Of a stretch of 64,000 bases of DNA, positions 56,477 to 64,000 are shown one piece after another (position 1 is the first letter of the stretch; every line of letters begins with the position of its first letter). The notes below the pieces were generated by a model that saw only the letters and a list, made by a program, of their open reading frames with translations, was not told the origin of the DNA and did no database searches. The DNA is from Pirellulaceae bacterium (lineage in GTDB: Bacteria; Planctomycetota; Planctomycetia; Pirellulales; Pirellulaceae), in NCBI GenBank assembly GCA_044337705.1, contig JBIINB010000002.1, forward strand, positions 16,920 to 80,919, given 5' to 3'. Both the position numbers and the translations under genes were made by a program.

Positions 56477-57739
56477 ATGCCAAAGCTGGATGTTGTGATC
56501 GTAGGTGCCGGAATGTCGGGGCTCACTGCTGCCAATGCTCTGTTGGCGGCCGGGAAGTCCTGTCTGGTGGTCGATGCACAGGATCGTCCCGGTGGCCGAA
56601 TGGCAACCGACTTGGTCGATGGGTTTCTTTTGGATCGTGGCTTCCAGGTTTTGCAGACAGCCTATCCCTCGGTCCATCGATGGATTGCCATCAACCAACT
56701 TCAAGGGAAATTGTTTCTTCCGGGGGCAAGAATCTGGTTGCGCCATCGCCGCCGCACCATGGTCGATCCCTGGCGGTGCCCCGGTCTCATTCCCACTCTC
56801 GCCCTCGAGGGAATCGGATCGCCGATCGATTGGTGGAAACTCCGTCGGCTTCGACGAGCCTGCTTGCAGGTCAACCAGCTAGAAGTCAGTCGCATGAATC
56901 AGACCACTGCCGACTACTGGAACCATGAATACCGTTTGGGGGAATCCGTCAGGAAGAACTTCCTGAAGCCGTGGATGAGCGGCGTATTTCTGGAGCGCCA
57001 GATGGAGGTGCCGTCTGCCTTTTTTCGTTGGATTTTCGGGATGCAGGCGCGAGGCGACGCGCTGTTGCCGCGCGAAGGGATCCAGGCGATCCCCCGACAG
57101 CTTGCGATGCGATTGCCGGCCGGTGGCCTTCGAACAGGTTTCCAGGTGGCAAGGATTGAACCAGGGGTGGTGGAGGCAGAGGATGGATCCCGATTGGAAG
57201 CTTCCGCGGTTCTGCTGGCAACCGAGCGATCGAAGGTGGCTCAACTGGTTGGCTCAAGTATCGTAGATGAAGGGTCGAGGGTCACTTGCTGCGATTACTT
57301 TGCAACCCGAGAGGCACCTCCCGCCGGACCCTGGCTGCATCTGTTCCCCGATCCGCAGGCCCCGATCGTCCATGCGTCGATCCCCACCCAGCTCCATCCC
57401 AGCATGGCTCCGGATCGGCAGCAACTCATCAGCGCCAGCTGGGTCGGTGCGCCATCAGAAAGCCCAGCCAGTCCGACCGAGGTCGCCCAATACTTGCAGC
57501 AGCTCTGGAGACTTCCTCAGAACGCACTGCGGCATCTCAAGCGTTATCACCTGTTGGATGCTTTGCCTCGCTGGCCCAGTGATTCCGAAGCATCCCAGAG
57601 CGAAGGGATTCAGCGGGATGGTCAGCAAGGGATTTTCTATGCAGGCGATTACACGAGGCATCCATCTCTGCAGGGGGCGATGGAATCGGGAGAATTCGCC
57701 GCAGGTGCCATCCTGAAGTGGCTCTCGCAACACGGTTGA
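56477..57739 (+). CDS. FAD/NAD(P)-binding amine-oxidase/desaturase-like oxidoreductase
   Basis: DVVIVGAGMSGLTAANALLAAGKSCLVVDAQDRPGGR dinucleotide-binding motif. C-terminal GIFYAGDY. Confidence 0.75.
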   Translation: MPKLDVVIVGAGMSGLTAANALLAAGKSCLVVDAQDRPGGRMATDLVDGFLLDRGFQVLQTAYPSVHRWIAINQLQGKLFLPGARIWLRHRRRTMVDPWRCPGLIPTLALEGIGSPIDWWKLRRLRRACLQVNQLEVSRMNQTTADYWNHEYRLGESVRKNFLKPWMSGVFLERQMEVPSAFFRWIFGMQARGDALLPREGIQAIPRQLAMRLPAGGLRTGFQVARIEPGVVEAEDGSRLEASAVLLATERSKVAQLVGSSIVDEGSRVTCCDYFATREAPPAGPWLHLFPDPQAPIVHASIPTQLHPSMAPDRQQLISASWVGAPSESPASPTEVAQYLQQLWRLPQNALRHLKRYHLLDALPRWPSDSEASQSEGIQRDGQQGIFYAGDYTRHPSLQGAMESGEFAAGAILKWLSQHG

Positions 57740-57756
57740 AATCGTGGCGTAGATTC

Positions 57757-57775
57757 CCCAGGGCGTTGCCCTGGG
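57757..57775. terminator. GC-rich hairpin between convergent genes
   Basis: cccagggc gtt gccctggg: a perfect 8-bp stem with a 3-nt loop, 18 nt after the stop at 57739. No clear T-run. Confidence 0.45.
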
Positions 57776-57788
57776 CTATCGTATCGTC

Positions 57789-57801
57789 GTGCCTTCGGCA
57801 C
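57789..57801. terminator. Second short hairpin between convergent genes
   Basis: gtgcc ttc ggcac: a 5-bp stem with a 3-nt loop. Confidence 0.3.
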
Positions 57802-57869
57802 TTGAAGACGGAGTCCCCCCGCTGGAATACGGAAGCTACGGGATCAATCGACTCAGCGTCCCGGGCTTG

Positions 57870-59099
57870 CTACCGCTGACCTAGAAGCGAACCGGAATAG
57901 AGCGGCTTGTTTTCTTTCTTCGGAACCGCCATCACGGTTGGTGCAAGGTCGAACGGAATCGAGTACTTCTTCAGCAAATCCGTCTGATCTTTCCCGCGGC
58001 TGTCCCGAAACTCGGGAAGTTTCTTCGTGTCGATCACATCCAACAGAGTTTTCGCAAATGCTACCTGACCATACTGGCTTCCTCGCAACTCCTTTGCACC
58101 GCCAAACATGCCGCGGACTTTCTCGATTTCGGCTGCGTATTGGAACGTCCCTTGAGGCGAGGTCGATCCGATTTCCTGAAATGCCCCCACCGCCACGATG
58201 CTCGACGTGCGATCATGAAACTCATAGGCCTCGATCCCGCTGCGACGCAGGGCATCGGTCGCCAGGTGCGCCAGTTCCGCTGCTCGCTCCAGCGTCTGTC
58301 CTTCCAGACTTTCAGGATCCCCGGACAATCGCGATCCCATCAGGACAGCGTCCGAACCGCGGAAGGTGGCAACGCGCACGGTGTACTTGCCGGGATTGGA
58401 AAGCAGCGAATGCTCGACCTCCTTGTTCAGCTGGATGACGAATTCATCTACAGGTCGTTGATAGAATTCTCGGGGAAGTAGCGGGTTGTAGGTTCCGAAA
58501 GCTTTGTACATCGGCCCGGGTTTGACTTTCTCCAGATCGAACTTCGAAGAAAGGGCTCGCCGCACCTCCTGCCACGTGCCGCTCAGCTTGGCACCTGGGT
58601 TGCTGCCATCTAGACCCAGCGCTTTGGGACGGGCCATTTTCACGACGCGCAGCGACTCTTCGTAGGTGGGACTGTCGGCCGATTGGAAGTCGCCCACAAG
58701 CACCGCAAACCCGTCGTCGGTCACTTGTTCGGCATACCGCATTCGCCGCTGCCGGCCCTGGTCGTCAAAGCCAGCTCCCAGCGTCGTCTCCGAGTAATCG
58801 AATTTCTGGCCGAGCGATTTCTTCGCCAGGATGTAGGCGCGAAGTCGGTAGGTGGTCCGGAATTCCTGCGCTAAAGCCTCTGCTTTCGCGCGAGCATCCT
58901 CACCATCGAAGACCCGAGCGAGAATCAGCCAGGGGCCATCTTCGGTCGATAAATCCAGTTTTCCTGTCGATTCCTGGGCGGTCGATTTCTTTCGGAACAA
59001 CGCCGAGAAAGAGGGAGGTGCAGCAGATGCATCACCCCCTAGGATCACGGCAAGCAATACGACGAGACTGTTTTGGAAGTTCCATTTCGATGATCGCAT
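57870..59099 (-). CDS. Secreted protein with two SPOR-like modules (tentative)
   Basis: A signal peptide follows the ATG at 59099 (MRSSKWNFQNSLVVLLAVILGGDASA). WLILARVFDGEDARAKAEALAQEF...FAVLVGDFQS and YTVRVATFRGSD...AAELAHLATDALRRSGIEAYEF...IVAVGAFQ resemble SPOR beta-alpha-beta-beta repeats. Confidence 0.4.
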   Translation of the reverse strand: MRSSKWNFQNSLVVLLAVILGGDASAAPPSFSALFRKKSTAQESTGKLDLSTEDGPWLILARVFDGEDARAKAEALAQEFRTTYRLRAYILAKKSLGQKFDYSETTLGAGFDDQGRQRRMRYAEQVTDDGFAVLVGDFQSADSPTYEESLRVVKMARPKALGLDGSNPGAKLSGTWQEVRRALSSKFDLEKVKPGPMYKAFGTYNPLLPREFYQRPVDEFVIQLNKEVEHSLLSNPGKYTVRVATFRGSDAVLMGSRLSGDPESLEGQTLERAAELAHLATDALRRSGIEAYEFHDRTSSIVAVGAFQEIGSTSPQGTFQYAAEIEKVRGMFGGAKELRGSQYGQVAFAKTLLDVIDTKKLPEFRDSRGKDQTDLLKKYSIPFDLAPTVMAVPKKENKPLYSGSLLGQR

Positions 59100-59448
59100 G
59101 CCAGGCATCCTCTCCAACCATCCAGGCACCAGGATGGCCTTTGACTCCTTTTGTCTCACGTGATCCATCCTGAACCCCATCGCTTCAGTGGCCTCTGGCG
59201 ATGCGGACGGACCCAGACCACTTGGTCTCCCGTGCGGCTTCGGAAATAGCAGAAGGAGTTGGATGAATCGAGCCCAATTCAGCAGGTTTTCCATAGGCAG
59301 TTGGGAGATTCCCTGGCTTGATAGTCAGGAATGCTTGCCTTTCTTCCGCTGCATCGCCTACCCTGCGCAGTAGGCAAGTCTTATCCCGACGGACGTAGGT
59401 TGGTCCTCGAAGATTTTTGGCGCATTGGGGAAGAACGAGGTAGAAGTC

Positions 59449-59862
59449 ATGAGTGAGCCGCTGTGGAATCAGATGATCCGGGAACTGAAAGACAAGCATC
59501 AGATACCCGACGAACGGTTTTTCGGCCTGGATGCTGAATCGATGAGCCGCGCGATCGTGGCGATGATGAACGGTCCGATGGAGAAAGACAGGCCTGTCGG
59601 TTTTTTTCCTGTCGTTTCGAGGGAGATCCATCATCAGTGGATTCGCGAGGCATTTGGATCCGCGGTGAATGCCGAGCGGATACAGCTGCAAGTCGATTTC
59701 TTCATGGGAAAGCTTTCAGACCTGATCCCCGTCGATTGGACGCTGCCGGATGATCAATTCGCGAAGGTTGTTCGGGAAGGGCTGGATCGGGAGTTTCCCG
59801 ATCTTTCGGAAGATGCGCGACGTGTCATCCTGGCCAACTACAGCTACAGTCACGCCAAGTGA
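59449..59862 (+). CDS. Hypothetical protein
   Basis: The ATG at 59449 is preceded by GAGG 8 nt upstream. Balanced composition. No domain recognised. Confidence 0.45.
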   Translation: MSEPLWNQMIRELKDKHQIPDERFFGLDAESMSRAIVAMMNGPMEKDRPVGFFPVVSREIHHQWIREAFGSAVNAERIQLQVDFFMGKLSDLIPVDWTLPDDQFAKVVREGLDREFPDLSEDARRVILANYSYSHAK

Positions 59863-59996
59863 GCGACGAGGCGTTTTCGGACGGTGGAGACATTCCTGCG
59901 TCTTCCAGTTAGATCGGCTGCTTCAGCGGCAGCATCGGTAGCCATAGGAAGAATTTGCCCACGGGCGCCGAGCGTCGCTTGGATGCCTCGCATTTT

Positions 59997-61292
59997 TTAT
60001 GTCGCCCAGTTTCTTTGGGCCCTGGCGATTAGTGGCATCGCTTCGGGAGCATCCAAAATCGTCTCTGCGACCGGGTCGTATTGGATCTTGCGCTGCAGGA
60101 TCCAGGCAATCGATGCCACATGACATGCCAGGTGGCTTTTGCGCATCACCCGATGGTTCGCTACAGGCAATGCGCCTGAGGCAATGCAGTCGAAGAAATT
60201 CCTTGCATGGGCGGAGACATCCAGGCCTCGAATCCGCTTGGACGGTTCCCCTTGTTCCACGACTAGCGATTTGGGTTCCCCGATGATCTCCCCTTCGTCC
60301 CCTGTCTCGATCCATCCCTCCTCGCCGATGAATCGTACTGGGCAGGTGCCCAGTCGCGTCGTGTAATGCGGGGCTCGGTCGCCAAATGGATTTGGAAGGA
60401 AGTCGATTTCCATTTCGACGCCGTTGGCGTACCGGCAGAAGAGCGAAGTTGGTTGCGGTTCGAAGGAGACTGGACCGGAATCATCTACTTGATTGGCCCA
60501 CTGGCAAATATCGACCGTATGGGCACCCCAATCCAACAGTCGGGCACCTGAATCAAAGTCCCACTGACCGCGCCACTGGCCATCGCAATACTTCTTATTG
60601 TAAGGACGCCAGGGGGCTGGCCCCAGCCAGAGGTTCCAGTCGACATGATCGATGTTCGGTTGTGGTTCTCCCGGTAGCCATTGATTGTCCAGCGAAGGAA
60701 TGTAGACCGATGCGTGCATCTTCTTGAGCTTGCCGATGCGACCTGCATGGACCCACTGAACCGCCTGCTGGAAGTTCGGTACACTTCGACGCTGCGTGCC
60801 AGCCTGGAAAACCCGCCCAGTCTCTTCCATCGTCTTGGAAAGTCTCTGGCACAGCTCAACGCTGATCCCACAAGGTTTCTCACTGTAAACATGTTTGCCA
60901 GCCCTGGCCGCAAGCATCGATGCATCGGCATGCCATCGGTCTCCCGTCGCGATCAGAACGGCGTCGATGTCGGGTCGTTCCAGCAGTTCGCGGAAGTCTC
61001 GATAGAGTCGGCAGTCCTGATTGCCATAGAATTCATCCACCAGTTGCTTGCCGGCATCGCGGCGAGTCGCCTGAACGTCGGCGATCGCAAGGCATTGCAC
61101 GTCCGCGAAGGGAAGCATCGCCTTCAGATCGTAGGTGCAGCGGGGGCCAATCCCGATAACACCCAGGCCGATCTTGCTGTTGGGGCCGGTTGCACGAGCA
61201 ATCGAGCTGGTGATCCATGGAGTGGCCATGCCACTGGCCGTTATCGTCCGAAGGAACTGACGCCTTGGAAAACCCCACTTCTCAGTTTCCAT
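59997..61292 (-). CDS. Gfo/Idh/MocA-family oxidoreductase with a TAT signal
   Basis: FPRRQFLRTITASGMA twin-arginine signal. IGLGVIGIGPRC Rossmann motif. EKP motif (VYSEKPCG). Confidence 0.85.
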   Translation of the reverse strand: METEKWGFPRRQFLRTITASGMATPWITSSIARATGPNSKIGLGVIGIGPRCTYDLKAMLPFADVQCLAIADVQATRRDAGKQLVDEFYGNQDCRLYRDFRELLERPDIDAVLIATGDRWHADASMLAARAGKHVYSEKPCGISVELCQRLSKTMEETGRVFQAGTQRRSVPNFQQAVQWVHAGRIGKLKKMHASVYIPSLDNQWLPGEPQPNIDHVDWNLWLGPAPWRPYNKKYCDGQWRGQWDFDSGARLLDWGAHTVDICQWANQVDDSGPVSFEPQPTSLFCRYANGVEMEIDFLPNPFGDRAPHYTTRLGTCPVRFIGEEGWIETGDEGEIIGEPKSLVVEQGEPSKRIRGLDVSAHARNFFDCIASGALPVANHRVMRKSHLACHVASIAWILQRKIQYDPVAETILDAPEAMPLIARAQRNWAT

Positions 61293-61497
61293 CTTGGACG
61301 CTCCCGTTTTGTTCCTTGGATTTTTGTCGAGTCATCGATCGGATCCCAGGCTGTTTCGATTTCTGCCCAACGCCTGGAGTAGCTTGTACCATAAGGTAAG
61401 CAGGTTGGGCCCTGCAAGTTTGTTGGTGGAAGCAGCGGGAGAGGAATCCTGCGGGGCTTTCCGCCCAAGGTGGATTCCTTCTTTCCGAGGCGAATCG

Positions 61498-63096
61498 ATG
61501 GATAGGCAGAAGTATCAGGAACTGGTCGAGACTTTTTTCTCCTGGAACCAGGAGGATATCGCCCAGATTTTTTCCGAGCTTCTTTCGGTGGTGGCGGCTG
61601 AGCAGTCGCTGACGCCAGCTCAGATCATGAGCCAGAATTACGAAACCGCGCGCGCCAATCCGGAAATCCATAACCTGCCCGGCAACCTGAAAGATGCGAG
61701 GGATGCCATCTTTCCGTATTTTTGGGGCACTGACAGTTGGAGCAATCCACTGCACCTGGAAAACGTAAAGGGACCGGCCAATCAAGCTTCGTTGATCGGC
61801 GCCATCGCCTGCTTGCTGAAAAACCCCAACCTCTGCACCGATCGCTACAGCCAGCGCAGCAACGAACTGGAGGTCAAGGCGATCACAGCGCTGGCCAATC
61901 TCATCTACTACCACACGGTAGACCCCTGGGGCGTCTTCACGATCGGTGGAACCATTTCGAATCTCTATGGCAGCAAGATTGGACTGGAGCGTGTGGTCCC
62001 TGGAGCGATGCGGCACGGCCTGCAAGGGCAGCAGGTTGTCGGGATTTGTTCCCAGGCTGGCCACTATTCCAATCAGACAATCGCCGGCTGGTTGGGGATC
62101 GGAACCGAAAATCTGATCGCTATCCCAACCGACGAATCGCTGGCCATGCGGATCGATCTGCTGGAATCGACCGCCAACCAACTGCTGGGTGAAGGGAAGA
62201 AGATCGCCTATGTGTGCGCCACCTTTGGAACCACCGACGGCTTTGGCGTCGACGAAGTGCCGGCGATTCGCGAAGTGATGGAGAGGCTTTGCCGGAAGCA
62301 CCGCGCCACGATGCCTCAGATCCACGTCGATGCCGCCGTTGGATGGGCGATGACCATGCTGACCGATTACGATCGCAATCTAAATACGCTTCAGATGTCC
62401 GACAGCCTGCTGGCACTGGTGGAGCGAGTTCAGAGCAAGAATGCATGGCTGCGTTCGGCTGACAGTGTGACTATCGATTTCCACAAGATGGGGCGAGGCC
62501 ACTATCCTTCCAGCGCCTTTATCGTCAACCGTCGCGAGGATCTTCGTTTTCTGTCGCGCAGTGTCCGCGATACCCCCTACTTCTCCGACGCCGACGCGCG
62601 GCGCGACCCAGCTCTATTCACCCTGGAATGCTCCCGACCCGGTATCGGCCCCTACTCGGTTATCGCATCGCTCAATGGAATCGGTCTGCAGGGTTGGCAA
62701 ATGCTCGTGGCACGGTCGCTGGAACTGGCAAGGATGCTGAAGGATCGATTGAGCCGCCTGGAGTACTGCAAAGTGCTCAATGAGACAACGGCTGGGCCAT
62801 CAGTCAACTGGTGGGTGCTCCCCAAAGGTCGAAACGCGGAGGAAGTCTACCGAAGATGGGTGCAAAATGAGCTGACGGAGGAGCAGCGCCTGCGATACCA
62901 GCGAGAGATCCGGCAACTTTTTGAAAAGCGAATGAAAATGATGGATCACGCGCTCGACGCCAGGCTGGGGTACACCACCAACTTTGGCTTCTGTCCCCAT
63001 GGTCTTGAAATTCCTGCCTGGAAGGCAGTTTTTTTCAATCCAAAAACCGATGAAGTGATCGTCGATCGGATCATTCAAAGCATTGAGGAACTTTGA
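61498..63096 (+). CDS. Group II (fold-I) pyridoxal-dependent decarboxylase-like protein
   Basis: GGTISNLYG, HVDAAVGW, and SVTIDFHKMG (PLP-lysine motif D.HK). The start is the ATG at 61498 (MDRQKYQ). Confidence 0.7.
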   Translation: MDRQKYQELVETFFSWNQEDIAQIFSELLSVVAAEQSLTPAQIMSQNYETARANPEIHNLPGNLKDARDAIFPYFWGTDSWSNPLHLENVKGPANQASLIGAIACLLKNPNLCTDRYSQRSNELEVKAITALANLIYYHTVDPWGVFTIGGTISNLYGSKIGLERVVPGAMRHGLQGQQVVGICSQAGHYSNQTIAGWLGIGTENLIAIPTDESLAMRIDLLESTANQLLGEGKKIAYVCATFGTTDGFGVDEVPAIREVMERLCRKHRATMPQIHVDAAVGWAMTMLTDYDRNLNTLQMSDSLLALVERVQSKNAWLRSADSVTIDFHKMGRGHYPSSAFIVNRREDLRFLSRSVRDTPYFSDADARRDPALFTLECSRPGIGPYSVIASLNGIGLQGWQMLVARSLELARMLKDRLSRLEYCKVLNETTAGPSVNWWVLPKGRNAEEVYRRWVQNELTEEQRLRYQREIRQLFEKRMKMMDHALDARLGYTTNFGFCPHGLEIPAWKAVFFNPKTDEVIVDRIIQSIEEL

Positions 63097-63160
63097 GCCT
63101 GACTAGCCGGAACCGACTCGGTCGCTTTGGGGTATTGCCCTCCAAGTTGCAGGCCACCAT

Positions 63161-64000
63161 TTAAGGTGCCGGTGTGGATGCCTGCTGTTTCAACTGTAGG
63201 AGCATCTTTTCCAGTCTTAAGCGCCACGGATCGGGCGGTACTCCAGCGGAGGCCTGCAGCAGTTCCAGCGACTGAAGTGCGGCCTTGGGGTTTCCTGAAC
63301 TGGCCAGCAACCGTGCTGCGGAGAGTTTGGCCCTCCACCAGTTGGGACTGCCAGCTGGTAGTTGTTTGGCTGCCTGCACGGCGGAGGCAGCTAGGGATCT
63401 GGCCAAGTTCGGATCGGTCGCGAGGGCGGGGATGTCGCACCACTGGAGCAGCAAACCGCCCTTCACTTGCTGGGGAATCTGGTACGGTTCTCCTGCTACA
63501 GCCCTCTGCATGGCAATCGCTTGGGCACGGATTTGGTGTGCGACGGCCTGATTGGAAAGAGGCATTCCCTGGATTGGTCGACTGCTGAGGAATTCCAGCC
63601 ACTTCGCCATTGCGGGCTCCCGCATCGTCGGAGGATCGGACGACTCCAAGATGGCTCGCAGAACCAAACTTGCTAGTCGGTCCATCCAAGGTGAATGATC
63701 GGCGATCGTCGACCATTGGGTGATCCATGTCTCGGGATTCTCCGTGGCCTGAGGTTCTGGAAGCGACGAGAAACTGCGAAGGCGATGCGTGATGCGACCG
63801 ATCAAGTGCCATCCTTCGGACTGGGCTGGGTTGGGTGCAACGGGCCGATCGAGCAGTGGCTGGAGAGCTGCATCGAGGGGAACTCCACCATCCCATCGAC
63901 TCCATCGAAGATCCGTTGCCAACAGTGCGGCCATCTGATGCAATCCTTCTGGGGTAGATGGATCTGCGTCAGTCGAAGTGATCCTTTGGATCCAGCGCAA
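63161..64000 (-). CDS. Hypothetical helical-repeat protein, C-terminal part (5' end outside window)
   Basis: The ORF runs to the window edge. Balanced, Leu/Ala-rich helical composition. The competing minus-strand frame 63075-63905 is Arg/Ser/Pro-rich junk. Confidence 0.45.
   Translation of the reverse strand: MRWIQRITSTDADPSTPEGLHQMAALLATDLRWSRWDGGVPLDAALQPLLDRPVAPNPAQSEGWHLIGRITHRLRSFSSLPEPQATENPETWITQWSTIADHSPWMDRLASLVLRAILESSDPPTMREPAMAKWLEFLSSRPIQGMPLSNQAVAHQIRAQAIAMQRAVAGEPYQIPQQVKGGLLLQWCDIPALATDPNLARSLAASAVQAAKQLPAGSPNWWRAKLSAARLLASSGNPKAALQSLELLQASAGVPPDPWRLRLEKMLLQLKQQASTPAP

Noticed and set aside
63075-63905. 276-aa minus-strand ORF competing with 63161-64000.
   Set aside because: Its composition is Arg/Ser/Pro/His-rich. 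The alternative frame has a balanced, helical-repeat-like sequence.
1-64000. Search for mobile elements, prophage genes, toxin-antitoxin pairs, restriction-modification or other defence systems, and rRNA, tRNA or tmRNA genes.
   Set aside because: I recognised no transposase, integrase, recombinase, nuclease-methylase pair, terminal inverted repeats or tRNA-type T-arms in any frame or intergenic region. Small RNAs cannot be excluded without covariance-model searches.

Overview
A gene-dense, GC-rich chromosomal window. I support about 47 CDS and recognised no rRNA, tRNA, CRISPR array, transposase, integrase or prophage gene. The gene content points to Planctomycetota, probably a Pirellulales-like organism. 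The evidence is a PSCyt(CxxCH)-DUF1549-DUF1553 gene next to a TAT-signal DUF1501 gene, a DUF1080 protein, a YTV-repeat Cys-rich secreted protein, and TAT-signal Gfo/Idh/MocA and amidohydrolase proteins. Housekeeping genes recognised with confidence: kdsA, glgX, the rpmI-rplT-pheS-pheT run, recG, an RluA-family pseudouridine synthase, an ABC-F ATPase, a DctA-type symporter, a chromate transporter, an RND pump with its adaptor, and two PLP decarboxylases of different folds. Most interesting regions: (1) a tightly coupled five-gene minus-strand operon (11550-16008) encoding a carrier protein, an SDR, an adenylating enzyme, a left-handed-beta-helix acyltransferase and a membrane acyltransferase_3. 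It looks like a carrier-protein-dependent acyl-decoration pathway for an envelope glycan. (2) A 679-aa secreted protein (22139-24178) built from Cys-Gly clusters plus two different 14-aa repeat arrays, with near-identical 84-bp higher-order DNA repeats. A miniature Cys-capped Pro/Gly-rich secreted protein lies at 55907-56233. (3) A gspK-L-M-like block ending in a BON-domain protein (2-4004). (4) A 296-nt structured spacer inside rpmI-rplT, with infC absent. (5) Strong window-wide over-representation of the palindrome CGATCG, including the octamer GCGATCGC. All functional calls rest on motif recognition by eye in the supplied translations. No database search was run.
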